A DNA stretch of 64,000 nucleotides, taken from a virus. Shown here piece by piece: positions 52,266-61,825 of this stretch (the first letter of the stretch is position 1; every line of letters starts with the position of its first letter). The position numbers and the translations under genes are program-made. The stretch spans positions 200,604 to 264,603 of IMG/VR virus record IMGVR_UViG_3300045988_173726, one strand, 5' to 3'. The notes beneath the pieces were generated by a model. It was not told where the DNA came from. It saw nothing but the letters and a program-made list of their open reading frames with translations, and ran no database searches.

Positions 52266-54491
52266 ATGGCGGGTAAAACTAAGATTGTAACGGGGGTGCT
52301 TTGTAAGCATAAAGCAGACGGAAGCCCCGTAGTAACGCATATGATAGTTAGGGAGTTACAGTGGGAATCTAGCAAGAAGGCTCGGCTTGGAGACTATCGG
52401 TATGTTGGGATAAAGGCTTGGAAGAATAGCACGAGCAAGGCTAAGTTTATTGGGTTTAAGTGGGTATATAACAGTGGGAATAGGGAGAGAGAGTATATAC
52501 AGCAGTATTCTGATAGCGATTTACCAGTCTTTATCGGGGATAAAGAGAAGAATACGCTTTATAAGAAAGGTAAGCTTCGTGTGATTTACGCGGATAGGAC
52601 AGGCGTAGCGGCGCGGGGTGTAGGGGTTTTATATCTTGATGAGGCGGGGGTTCTTCGTGAGTACTCTGAATTTAGTTCATTTGTAGAGAGGCATCGCGGG
52701 GAGTATGCGCTTTTGCAGGGAGTGAGTGGGTCAGCAAAGCTTAGTAGCTTAGAGGAACAGGCAGTTACGCTTTTAGAGGATAATGAGTATAAGTTAAATC
52801 GCGCAAGGAATCGTATGACGGGAGAGGATTGTACGATAAGCGAGGTAGCAGAGGACGGAGTTCATGTAACGGGGCTTAATAGGTGTGAAACTGGGATATG
52901 TAAGGTAAATCCTAGAGCGAGTGAGATTGATTTAGAAATTTCAAGCGGGAGCGGGGTTAGAGTGCTTGACTTAAGCGGGTGTAATGAGCTTAAGAAGTGT
53001 CGGTTATCGGTTAAGGGAGTAGCGTCCTTTGTTTATGTTTCGCCGCCTGTAGGTGCTAAGAATGTAATACTAGATATTACAGATTGTAGTGATTTAACAC
53101 TCATGGGGGATAAGCCAGAGTTTTTTTCGTTGTCGGTAAATCATAGTAAGCTTCAAGGGCTTAAGAAAATTATAGTGGATTATAGCTTAGTGCTTAACGG
53201 TTGCACTGGGATACCAGAACTTTTTGTGAGTTCTTATTCTAGGAGATTTGAGAAGTTAGAGATAAGTAATTGTGATTTAGAGAGACTAAAGGTTGCTGTG
53301 GCTGTTAATGTAGCTATCCGAAACTGTAGTCTACTTAAAGAGCTGTCTATAGATATGGATACGCTTTTTATTGACAAGTTATCTAGGCTTGTTAGCAACT
53401 GTAGAGCGCTTGAGAAGGTAGTAGTACACGCAAGACGGGTTAGCTATAGTGTAGACTCAAATAGAGACGGAAATCCGATAGTTACTGCAACATTCGGGTC
53501 TATGTCGTTAAAGCGAATAGAAATTAATGTGGAGGATAAGCTTAGTGTAGGGATACTTCCAGTTCCGAATGACTTTGCAATCGGGTATGAGGATAGAGTA
53601 AGAGTTGCGTGTAACAACGATAAGCTACGGGCATATTTTAAGCCAGTGAAGTTTAGTGATGAGATTAAAGACTTGCTGTGTGCGTCAGTGTTTGCGCCAC
53701 TTTTTTATGTAAAGGATAGAGTGACGGTACAGTTTAACTCGCTATTGTTTAGGGGCGCAATGGTGGGGAATCCTTTGTTTAGAGGGGGAGAGCTTCGGAT
53801 TCCAAAGGAGGTAGAGGCGCTACAAGGTAGTTTAGGCAGTGATTTTCCTATTAAGAGTCTGCATTTAAGCGGTAAGGTATCAGTAGGGGACTCGGTGTTT
53901 AAGAATACAGGTCTTTCAGAGGTTGTAGGCAGTGAGTATTTAACTTCGGTCGGGGCGCTGTCGTTTGCGGGGACGAAGCTTAGTCGGTTGGCTCTGGGGA
54001 AAGAGGCGAAGCTTTCGGAGTTTTCGTTTGGTGGATGTGAGAGTTTAACAAGTGTAAGTGGGCTTTGGGAGATAAAGAGTGCAAAGAGGACAGCATTTGC
54101 TCTTTGTAATAACCTAGATAGCGACACTTTTGGGGTTCTTTATAAGAAGCAGTGGTATATGTCAACGGATGAGCTATTAAGCGAGTATCCAGAGAGGGCA
54201 TACGAAAAGTATGTTCATAGGGAAATAGACGGAGTGATTACGGAGGACGACTGCAAATATACACAGCGCTTAATCGAGCTTAGGATAGATGACGCGGCTA
54301 TAAAGAGGTTTATGAAGGAGCAAGGGGTAAGCCGAGAGGAGAAAGCGGGGTTAAAGGAGCTTCTTAGTATTATCAGCAATGTTTATTACACTTACGAGGG
54401 GAAGGGGATTTCGCCAGTGGCGAGTTATTATGTTGACCTAGGGACTACGGAGCGTCTTATCTATCGTTTACGCAGGGTATTGGAGTTGTGA
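52266..54491 (+). CDS. Long family paralog: N-module + Cys-linker + CC-LRR + BspA-type LRR + HTH-like tail
   Basis: 'ARNRMTGEDCTI...RCETGICKV...GVRVLDLSGCNEL'. BspA-like 'GSEYLTSVGALSFAGTKLSRLALGKEAKLSEFSFGGCESLTSV'. Tail 'DLGTTERLIYRLRRVL'. Confidence 0.7.
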   Translation: MAGKTKIVTGVLCKHKADGSPVVTHMIVRELQWESSKKARLGDYRYVGIKAWKNSTSKAKFIGFKWVYNSGNREREYIQQYSDSDLPVFIGDKEKNTLYKKGKLRVIYADRTGVAARGVGVLYLDEAGVLREYSEFSSFVERHRGEYALLQGVSGSAKLSSLEEQAVTLLEDNEYKLNRARNRMTGEDCTISEVAEDGVHVTGLNRCETGICKVNPRASEIDLEISSGSGVRVLDLSGCNELKKCRLSVKGVASFVYVSPPVGAKNVILDITDCSDLTLMGDKPEFFSLSVNHSKLQGLKKIIVDYSLVLNGCTGIPELFVSSYSRRFEKLEISNCDLERLKVAVAVNVAIRNCSLLKELSIDMDTLFIDKLSRLVSNCRALEKVVVHARRVSYSVDSNRDGNPIVTATFGSMSLKRIEINVEDKLSVGILPVPNDFAIGYEDRVRVACNNDKLRAYFKPVKFSDEIKDLLCASVFAPLFYVKDRVTVQFNSLLFRGAMVGNPLFRGGELRIPKEVEALQGSLGSDFPIKSLHLSGKVSVGDSVFKNTGLSEVVGSEYLTSVGALSFAGTKLSRLALGKEAKLSEFSFGGCESLTSVSGLWEIKSAKRTAFALCNNLDSDTFGVLYKKQWYMSTDELLSEYPERAYEKYVHREIDGVITEDDCKYTQRLIELRIDDAAIKRFMKEQGVSREEKAGLKELLSIISNVYYTYEGKGISPVASYYVDLGTTERLIYRLRRVLEL

Positions 54492-54504
54492 GGGGGTGGC
54501 AAGA

Positions 54505-56820
54505 ATGAGTAGAGATAGAAATGGTAGACAGATAAGGTTTTGTTATGTGGCGGGATTTCTCTGTAATCGGGACGCGGATGGAGAGATTAAGAGGGAAGCC
54601 GCAGTTACGGTAGAGGCAGTCGTTGAGCGGCAGTATTATAAAGACGATAGCGTGGCTATTCTAAGGGCTAAGAAGAAGTTTATCCCGATTAGCGATTGGG
54701 AAGCCTTTAAGCGGACAGAGACTCATGAATACGCAGGGTTTAGCCTCCAGAGGGATGGGTGTGAGTTTGAGCAAGGGTTTTTAGACGCTGATTTGCCTTT
54801 ATTTATCGGAAAGAAGAAAGGGTACAAGGTTTATCGAGAGGGGAAGTTACAGATATTCGCTTATTGTGCGCTTTTCCGTAAACAGGCAGTAATTGCTTAT
54901 GCTGATAGTGACGGTGAGCTTAAGTTATCATTCGGAGTTAACGCTAGCCAATTTATGTTAGAGCATAGCGGGAAGTATATCTTAAATCAAGTGCGGGGAT
55001 TTAGCGGAGAGAACTTAACAATGCTCGAAGAGGAGGCGGTTAAGCTAGCTAGTGATAAAGAATATCAGCTTAATGCGGCGCGTAGCAGGATGACGGCGGC
55101 AGACAGCACAGTAACGGATGTAAGAGCCGAGGGTTTAACTGTGACTAAGGTTTTAAGAAGTGAGTCGGGGGTTTGTAGGGTTAATCCGAATGTCAATGTA
55201 TTTCGTCCAAGCGAAAGGATAAACGGGACACTCTTAAAGGTTTTGGATTTAAGCGCGTGTAAAGAGCTAAGGATGGCAGATGTTTGGCTTGAAAACGCGG
55301 ATAGTGTGGCAGTGTTGTTTCCGTCAGAGAGGTTAAACTGGTTATCGCTTAAATTACAAGATGTAAAGCAGGCTAATCTTGTAAATCTTGGAGCTTTCTC
55401 CTATATGGAGGCAATGGACAGCGAGATAGAGGGTTTTCCGAGTAGGTTATCTTGTAAGCGGCTAGAGCTACTTAGGTGCAAAGGGGTTAGAACGCTTGAC
55501 ATATCCATAGACGACAGTGCAGGGGAATTTAGCATTGTCGAGTGCGACACAGAGCGTCTAAGTTTAACCGTGAGTAATCTTCGGAGGGTTAAGATTGCGG
55601 ACTGTGAGAGACTGGAAGAAGTGAATATTACAGTAGAGCAAATTAGCCTGTTTGAGTTAGATAAGTTTATATGTAATTGCAGGAAGTTAAAGAAGGTTAG
55701 TATTGCGGCAAAGGAGCTTAAGTTTAGAGAGCCTATTGCGACACTCGATATTAAAGGTGATGAAGCGCGTCTAAGTGACATTATGACAGCAAGTTTAGGG
55801 TCAACTTGCCTTAAGGAGTTCCATTTAACGGTAGAGGCGGTAGAGGGAGAGTTAGATAGTAAGTTAAATAGTGGGTTTATCATCGCAGTGCCGTCCGAGG
55901 TAGATTTTAGGTGCAGTGAGAATGTTCGGAAGTATTTTATCGGGGTTCGGTTTAGCAGTGAGATGCGAGAATTGCTGTGTGCCTTGCCCTCTGTCAGTTT
56001 AACTTATGTTAATGATAAGATTACGCTTGGGTTTGACAGGGATGTGGGTTCGGTATCCCATGTAAACGGGTTTCATAACAGTTTGCTATTTAAGGGCGGA
56101 GTATTAGAGATACCTAGCGAAATCGAGTGTATAAGAGAAAGTAAAGCAGGGTTTGACTACCATTTTAAGGTTAATAGGCTTGTTATTAAGAGTCATCTTG
56201 AAGTCGGGCGCAGAGCGTTCCTCGGTGCAGAAATAGAAGAGATAGTGGGGAGTGAGAATCTAACCAAAATTGGGGAAGCGGCGTTTGCAAATAACAGTAG
56301 TCTTAAGAGTCTGGTACTCGGGGATAAAGCACGTCTTTCAGAGCTTTCCTTTGACGAGTGTAGCGGTCTTACGAGCATAATAGGGGTAGAGAGAGCAAAG
56401 GCGATAAACATGTCAGCGTTTTCGGGCTGTTACAATATAAACGAGGGGGTAAGAAAAGCCTTGCGAGCGCGGGGAGTTTATACGGATAAGCTAACGCTTA
56501 CACATCGCCTGTCGGATTCTGCTTATAAGAAGTTTAGGTCGTTTTGTTCTGGTGTAAGCTTAACCCCGTCCGAGTGCGTGTATCTCAACGAGTTTATACA
56601 GAAGGGGGTATCAAAAGAGGAAGTTTCTCGGGTAATAGACGCATTGAGAGGGAAGTCAGCAGATTTTAAGCAGTTAAATGAGTTGTATTCTTACTACGAT
56701 AGGCTTGTAGATGTGTATACAAAGGGTATTTTATCTGGAATGGCAGAATTCGGAGACCATGAGCGCACGGTTTACAAGTTCCGAAAGGAGTTTGGGATAG
56801 AGTTGCAGGGATACGAGTAA
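54505..56820 (+). CDS. Long family paralog (same architecture)
   Basis: 'ARSRMTAADSTV...RSESGVCRV...LLKVLDLSACKEL'. BspA-like 'GSENLTKIGEAAFANNSSLKSLVLGDKARLSELSFDECSGLTSI'. Tail 'GDHERTVYKFRKEFG'. The track start is GTG 54496. Confidence 0.7.
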   Translation: MSRDRNGRQIRFCYVAGFLCNRDADGEIKREAAVTVEAVVERQYYKDDSVAILRAKKKFIPISDWEAFKRTETHEYAGFSLQRDGCEFEQGFLDADLPLFIGKKKGYKVYREGKLQIFAYCALFRKQAVIAYADSDGELKLSFGVNASQFMLEHSGKYILNQVRGFSGENLTMLEEEAVKLASDKEYQLNAARSRMTAADSTVTDVRAEGLTVTKVLRSESGVCRVNPNVNVFRPSERINGTLLKVLDLSACKELRMADVWLENADSVAVLFPSERLNWLSLKLQDVKQANLVNLGAFSYMEAMDSEIEGFPSRLSCKRLELLRCKGVRTLDISIDDSAGEFSIVECDTERLSLTVSNLRRVKIADCERLEEVNITVEQISLFELDKFICNCRKLKKVSIAAKELKFREPIATLDIKGDEARLSDIMTASLGSTCLKEFHLTVEAVEGELDSKLNSGFIIAVPSEVDFRCSENVRKYFIGVRFSSEMRELLCALPSVSLTYVNDKITLGFDRDVGSVSHVNGFHNSLLFKGGVLEIPSEIECIRESKAGFDYHFKVNRLVIKSHLEVGRRAFLGAEIEEIVGSENLTKIGEAAFANNSSLKSLVLGDKARLSELSFDECSGLTSIIGVERAKAINMSAFSGCYNINEGVRKALRARGVYTDKLTLTHRLSDSAYKKFRSFCSGVSLTPSECVYLNEFIQKGVSKEEVSRVIDALRGKSADFKQLNELYSYYDRLVDVYTKGILSGMAEFGDHERTVYKFRKEFGIELQGYE

Positions 56821-56851
56821 GGTCACGGTAGAAAATGGGAGGTAATTAGGG

Positions 56852-59218
56852 ATGGGTCAATTTTCTAGGTTTTTGCAGGGAGTTGTCGTAGCAAAGGATA
56901 AGAGCGGAGCATATGTTCCGAAGAAGTATATCGTAAGGCGGCACGGTAGCGGTTATCTAAACGGGTCTACAGAGTGGTTGAATGACGCGCTGGATGGTGA
57001 CTATCAGAGGCTTGTGACAGAGCATGGACTTGCTGAATTAAGTGAAGGAAAGTCTGTGCACAAGGATTTCACAGCAAAGTCAATCTCGGATACATTTCAT
57101 TTGGACGCGCTTCCGAAGTTTATTCTTGAGAAAGACGGTAGTCTTAGGCTTTTATCGCGCGGGAAGTATAGGATTATGGAGGTGCAACCCTATAGTAGAG
57201 ACGGAAGTATTAAAGTTACCTATCAAGATGACAGCGGGAATTTCAAGCGAGTGCCGATTAGTAAGGAAGCATGGGGGTCGTGGCTTTTAGCGAGAGACTA
57301 TGTTCCGACTTTTACATCGAATAGGGAACAGAGTAACTTTATCGAGAGCATTCCGATAGATGTCTTGATGCATGGGAATGACAAGTTTAATCTTGAATCC
57401 TCTCGCATGAAGCTAACGAACGGGGACTGTGCTAGGATTAAGGTAGACACAAGTGATGGTTTAGAGCCTAAGCTTGCAGTATTTGGGTTTAATAAGAGTG
57501 ATAATGGGGTTTGTAAGGTAAATAGCCAAGTAGATATAGTAGAAATAAGCGTAGCATCAGCTTTAAGTAGCGGGGTTGCCGTTTTAGATTTAAGTTCTTG
57601 CGAGAAGCTTTCAAAGGTTAGCCTTAGCGGTTCAATCAGTGAGAAGTTTAGTGTGATATTCCCGAGTAGGCATGCTAAGTCACTTGATATAAGCCTTGAC
57701 CTATCTGGCGGGGAACTTAATCTGGTAAATTTCGGGGAGTTTACTAATGGAAGTGACTTTAATTTACTTTGTTTAGAGTATGTTCAACTAACAGGGGATT
57801 TTCCGAAAAAGATTAAGGGCAGTGGAGTGGTTAGATTAACTACTGTAATAGGGCTACCCAGCAGTTTATCTGTTGACGGGTGTGCGGCTGATAGCTGGTT
57901 TTGTGATTTAGTTGATGTAAATAAGATTAGCGTGACTTGTCCTTATAAGATTCCGCTTTTTGCAAGTCTTAACAGTCTTACAGAGCTTTCGATTGAGGAG
58001 ACTGACACCTTTTCACCTTATTGGTTTTCCCGTAGTTTTAGCAAATTGAGAAACTTGAGAGTGGTGAAAATAAAGTGTAGGGAGTTTTCTGGGGTAATTG
58101 GATATGGAAACAAATACGAGGTTTTAAGTGCTAACTTTTCCTCCGATAAGTTAGAGAGTATTGAGGTTTATGCGGATAGGGTGTCTGCTAGAGACATCGT
58201 AATAGGGTATTCGAGCGGGGTAAAGGTTAGATGTAGCGATAGCTTAAAGGATGTCTTTGTCCCAGTGAGTTATAGTGAATATGTTCGTGAGTTACTAAAG
58301 TTTAATGGGTTTATTGAGCTATTATATTTGCGTGATTCACATAAAATTTGCCTTAATATGGCACAGGTTAATGTACCTTCTGGAGCAAGCGACAGAGTAA
58401 AGAATTGTCTTGATTCAGCATTTCGCTCTCTGCTATTAGAGAGCAAACTGTTCACGAAAGACTGTTTAACAGTTCCACCAGAGTTAGAGGTACTTTCAAG
58501 TCCAGATGATAGAGAAGTGTTTGAGCAGTTAAATTGGAATCCTTCAAGGATTAAGATTCTGTCAGAGCTTTCAATCAATAAGGGTACCTTTATGGGTGTG
58601 GAAGGTCTTAAAGAGATAGTAGGGAGTGAGTATCTGGTATCCGTAGGAGAAGAAGCCTTTGCTGGGACAGGATTATCTAAGGTAATGTTTGGCGATAAGC
58701 TAAGGGAGATTAAAGATAGAGCGTTTTGTCTTTGTGATAAGCTAGTAGATGTTTCTATACCAACTGATTGCCCTGCGGTTAAAAATCGAGGTATAGAAGA
58801 GAGTGCGTTTGGAGCTTGCGCTGTGCTAAGTAGAGACACGATAGAGAGACTTGATGCGCTTGGAATTAATGTTTATAGAGGTAGTAGCTATATAATTTGG
58901 GGGTTAATGCGTAGCAGAGGTTTCTTGGTGTCTAAGGATGAGCTAGTAAAGCACATTAGTCCAGATAATCTATACTATTTACGCAAGGTATATAGTCTTA
59001 TAGACAAGTACGGAGAAGTTCCGTTGAGGACAAGAAGAGTTGCTGATTCGTTTAAGTACAATATCAACACTGTGAAAGCATATCGTGAGCAGTATAACAA
59101 AGAGGTTGCCGAGTATAGGAGAACTGGCGCATCGTTATCGGAGGAAGTTCTAAAGAAAGAGTATTCTGCCATGTGCTTGTTTAAGCAATTTGACTATATA
59201 GCGGAGGAGAAGATATGA
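56852..59218 (+). CDS. Long family paralog (same architecture)
   Basis: 'SRMKLTNGDCAR...KSDNGVCKV...GVAVLDLSSCEKL'. BspA-like 'GSEYLVSVGEEAFAGTGLSKVMFGDKLREIKDRAFCLCDKLVDV'. Tail 'FKYNINTVKAYREQY'. Confidence 0.7.
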   Translation: MGQFSRFLQGVVVAKDKSGAYVPKKYIVRRHGSGYLNGSTEWLNDALDGDYQRLVTEHGLAELSEGKSVHKDFTAKSISDTFHLDALPKFILEKDGSLRLLSRGKYRIMEVQPYSRDGSIKVTYQDDSGNFKRVPISKEAWGSWLLARDYVPTFTSNREQSNFIESIPIDVLMHGNDKFNLESSRMKLTNGDCARIKVDTSDGLEPKLAVFGFNKSDNGVCKVNSQVDIVEISVASALSSGVAVLDLSSCEKLSKVSLSGSISEKFSVIFPSRHAKSLDISLDLSGGELNLVNFGEFTNGSDFNLLCLEYVQLTGDFPKKIKGSGVVRLTTVIGLPSSLSVDGCAADSWFCDLVDVNKISVTCPYKIPLFASLNSLTELSIEETDTFSPYWFSRSFSKLRNLRVVKIKCREFSGVIGYGNKYEVLSANFSSDKLESIEVYADRVSARDIVIGYSSGVKVRCSDSLKDVFVPVSYSEYVRELLKFNGFIELLYLRDSHKICLNMAQVNVPSGASDRVKNCLDSAFRSLLLESKLFTKDCLTVPPELEVLSSPDDREVFEQLNWNPSRIKILSELSINKGTFMGVEGLKEIVGSEYLVSVGEEAFAGTGLSKVMFGDKLREIKDRAFCLCDKLVDVSIPTDCPAVKNRGIEESAFGACAVLSRDTIERLDALGINVYRGSSYIIWGLMRSRGFLVSKDELVKHISPDNLYYLRKVYSLIDKYGEVPLRTRRVADSFKYNINTVKAYREQYNKEVAEYRRTGASLSEEVLKKEYSAMCLFKQFDYIAEEKI

Positions 59219-59430
59219 AAACAAGATATTTGATAGGTAAGCTTGTGTCGTCCGAGGGGAATCATCCCCTCGGATATTTGGTAGGGGAGGTTTCCTTTAA
59301 GGGTGATGGCGCTCCATCCATCGTGGGTAGTTTTGGAGTGAAGGAGCTTATCAGCGAGAGTGAGATTGGGGCAGAGGTGGAATTTGTACAGTGGCTTAAA
59401 GGGTCTTTTCGTATAAGGAGTTTAACATAG
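59215..59430 (+). CDS. N-terminal fragment of the next family paralog (separated by a frame change)
   Basis: 'YLIGKLVSSEGNHPLGYLVGEVSFKGDG' matches the paralog N-termini. It stops at TAG 59428, while frame 3 is open from 59400 and continues the module. Confidence 0.45.
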   Translation: MKTRYLIGKLVSSEGNHPLGYLVGEVSFKGDGAPSIVGSFGVKELISESEIGAEVEFVQWLKGSFRIRSLT

Positions 59431-59465
59431 ACAGGCTTCCTGTTTATGAGGGTAGCGCGGAAAAT

Positions 59466-61580
59466 TTGAGTTCGTCTGGTCTAAAGCTAATAAAGGCGGG
59501 TGACATTAGGCTAATAATGCTGTATGACAGAACTGTTTACTACTTAAATGAGCGCGGTAGAATTACATATAAGATTTTTTCAACGGAGGATGGGATAAAA
59601 GAGTGGATAAACAGTCATAGGGTGCTGTTTGCGTGTGCTACGGACAGCAAATTAAACAGGCTTTGTAAGTATGTAACAGTAGATGGTAGGATGTTCGGTG
59701 ATAAGGAGTATGAGAAGAGGGTAGCTCGGAATAGGCTTACGCATGAGGATTGTGGGTTATATAGTGTGGAAGGCACTAGCGGTTTGATTAGTTTGTCTGG
59801 CTTTTCGCAGTGTTATAACGCTGTTTGTAAGCTAGGGGACTTTTTAGAGGAAGCTAGAATTACTGGTAGAGGGGTTCGTGAGAGTGGAATAGAAGTTCTT
59901 GATATGAGCGAGTGCCATAGGCTAAGAAGTCTAAGCTTAGGCGCTGTTGACGCAAAGATAATATTGCCAGAAGCCATTGATAATCCTTGCACAGTAGATA
60001 TTACTGTAGGAAGCACTGTTCCAGACGGCTTTTCTAAGTTTATCAGTAACAGAAATGTAACTCTAGCACTTAGTGCAAGAAAGGTGAAGCTTGATAGCTT
60101 AGGTAATGCGGACAGTTTAGAGTTTAACTGCACGAGTGCGAAGTTATTAGATGTAAAGGGGCTTCCAAGAAAGGTTTCAATCAACTGTAGCGATATTACT
60201 GTAGTGACAGGGTGTCCAGACATAGAGGAGATGACAATAAACCTTACAGATTGCGGAGAGGCTAGAGTTTATAATTGCGAAAACTTAAGGGTGGCAAAGA
60301 TTTTTGGAATGATAGATTTAAGTGTGTCGGATTTAGAGGGATTATTCCTAAATTGCCCGAAGTTAGAGGAGATAGAGCTTTCTTGCGAGGAGTTTCATCC
60401 GAGTGGGTCAATCAATAGTAGTGGGTTAGCTTTTAAGCGGAGGTTGCTTACGATAAACGGGATAACAGGTGGGAATGTAAAGAGGTTTTCGCTTAACGCA
60501 GAGAGGTGTGCCAAGTATGCTGACTATCATTATCATGAACCAGTAATCTACACTATAGGAGATACTAAACATATCGTAAGTGAAAATATACAGCAATTTT
60601 TCGCAGATTACAAAGCGAGTGCGGAGTTAGCAGAGCTTCTTCGTTTTAGTAGGCTGTTTGCAGTGCTTGAGAGAGATAGCGGAGAGCTATTCTTAGCTGG
60701 GACTCAACTGTATATTGATTCAAGAGTCTGCATTGATATGTTTAATAGGCTGTCAAGAAACAGTTCAGTGTTTAGCGGGGATGTGTTTAATGTTCCGAAG
60801 GAGATTCGTTATTTAGAGCAATTTAACATTGATAAATTTTACAATATAAGGCGCGTTTCGGTTAGGTCTGCGCTAGCACTTAGGGAGGAAACATTTTATA
60901 AGTCCAAGGTAGAGGAGATAGACGGTAGCGAGTATATAGACGAGATTTCTCGTTATTCGTTTTCTGGAAGTAGCCTAAAGAGCATTGTGATTAGTGATAA
61001 GATAGTGGGTATTCCAGACTATGCGTTTAGTGGTTGCGGTGAATTGAGGGATGTAAAGTTTCTAGGTAATACGAGAGTAAACACCAGAGCATTTCTTGGT
61101 TGTAGTGCATTAAGCGATGAGTCTCTTAAAGAGATTTGGAAGCGTGGAGCGGGAAAAGATAGCGAGTTTATCTTTGAAGTCTTGTTCGCTGGAGATTGGA
61201 AGAGTCTAGCGGACAAGACTATGCTAATAACGCCAGAGCATCTTAAGTACACATACGCAATTTATAGGCTAGTTAGTATTTATGGCAAAGAGAGCCTTGC
61301 TTCTACGATGACAAATGGTAGGGACGATTTGTTTTCCCGTGATTTGTTGGTGCTTTGGACGCGGCGTAGTGAGGTGGAAGCCGACATACGGGAAAGGCTT
61401 AAGACGCGGGGAAAGGGTTCAGAGGATACGCTGGTTTGCGAGAGGGCGGCGCGGGAGCTGTTTCAAGATTACGGGAAGTTCATGCAGGAGGCAGTCGAGG
61501 CTAGGGAGCTGATTCCGACAGGTCATGAGAATAAAGCGGAATGGGAAAGGTTAAGTGGTTTTCAGCGTGGCAGTTTATAA
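59466..61580 (+). CDS. Long family paralog (body), 5' part probably in the upstream ORF
   Basis: 'ARNRLTHEDCGL...QCYNAVCKL...GIEVLDMSECHRL'. BspA-like 'GSEYIDEISRYSFSGSSLKSIVISDKIVGIPDYAFSGCGELRDV'. The track start is a weak TTG. Confidence 0.6.
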   Translation: MSSSGLKLIKAGDIRLIMLYDRTVYYLNERGRITYKIFSTEDGIKEWINSHRVLFACATDSKLNRLCKYVTVDGRMFGDKEYEKRVARNRLTHEDCGLYSVEGTSGLISLSGFSQCYNAVCKLGDFLEEARITGRGVRESGIEVLDMSECHRLRSLSLGAVDAKIILPEAIDNPCTVDITVGSTVPDGFSKFISNRNVTLALSARKVKLDSLGNADSLEFNCTSAKLLDVKGLPRKVSINCSDITVVTGCPDIEEMTINLTDCGEARVYNCENLRVAKIFGMIDLSVSDLEGLFLNCPKLEEIELSCEEFHPSGSINSSGLAFKRRLLTINGITGGNVKRFSLNAERCAKYADYHYHEPVIYTIGDTKHIVSENIQQFFADYKASAELAELLRFSRLFAVLERDSGELFLAGTQLYIDSRVCIDMFNRLSRNSSVFSGDVFNVPKEIRYLEQFNIDKFYNIRRVSVRSALALREETFYKSKVEEIDGSEYIDEISRYSFSGSSLKSIVISDKIVGIPDYAFSGCGELRDVKFLGNTRVNTRAFLGCSALSDESLKEIWKRGAGKDSEFIFEVLFAGDWKSLADKTMLITPEHLKYTYAIYRLVSIYGKESLASTMTNGRDDLFSRDLLVLWTRRSEVEADIRERLKTRGKGSEDTLVCERAARELFQDYGKFMQEAVEARELIPTGHENKAEWERLSGFQRGSL

Positions 61581-61722
61581 GGGGCGGTGGCGCACGAGAC
61601 GGTTTTCTGTGGGGCTTAAAGGGAGTAGACAGTAAAAGTATCAGGTAAGGGCTAGAATCCCTTCTAGGGGGCTTCTAGTAGCTCATAATGGCAAATAGGT
61701 CTTAGACGCACCAGAATGCGTT

Positions 61723-61763
61723 TTAAGGCGGGATAAGGCAGTTAGGCTATAAGGGTAGCCTAG
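61723..61763 (+). repeat. Intergenic repeat module, copy D (3' part of copy C)
   Basis: 'ttaaggcgggataaggcagttaggctataagggtagcctag' aligns with 'ttaggcgggaaaggtatttaggctataagtgtagcctaa' at 34810-34848. It includes the hairpin taggct-ataag(g/t)gt-agccta. Confidence 0.65.
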
Positions 61764-61825
61764 AGTGGTTTCGGTGGCTCCTAGGTGGCTTCCCGTGGGT
61801 GACAGAGGCATAGAAAGAGGCAAGT

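Noticed and set aside
59395-59430. Programmed -1 ribosomal frameshift joining 59215..59430 to 59466..61580.
   Set aside because: No X_XXY_YYZ slippery heptamer in the correct register and no obvious downstream pseudoknot. A frameshift mutation or sequencing error is more parsimonious. It is kept only as a low-interest finding.
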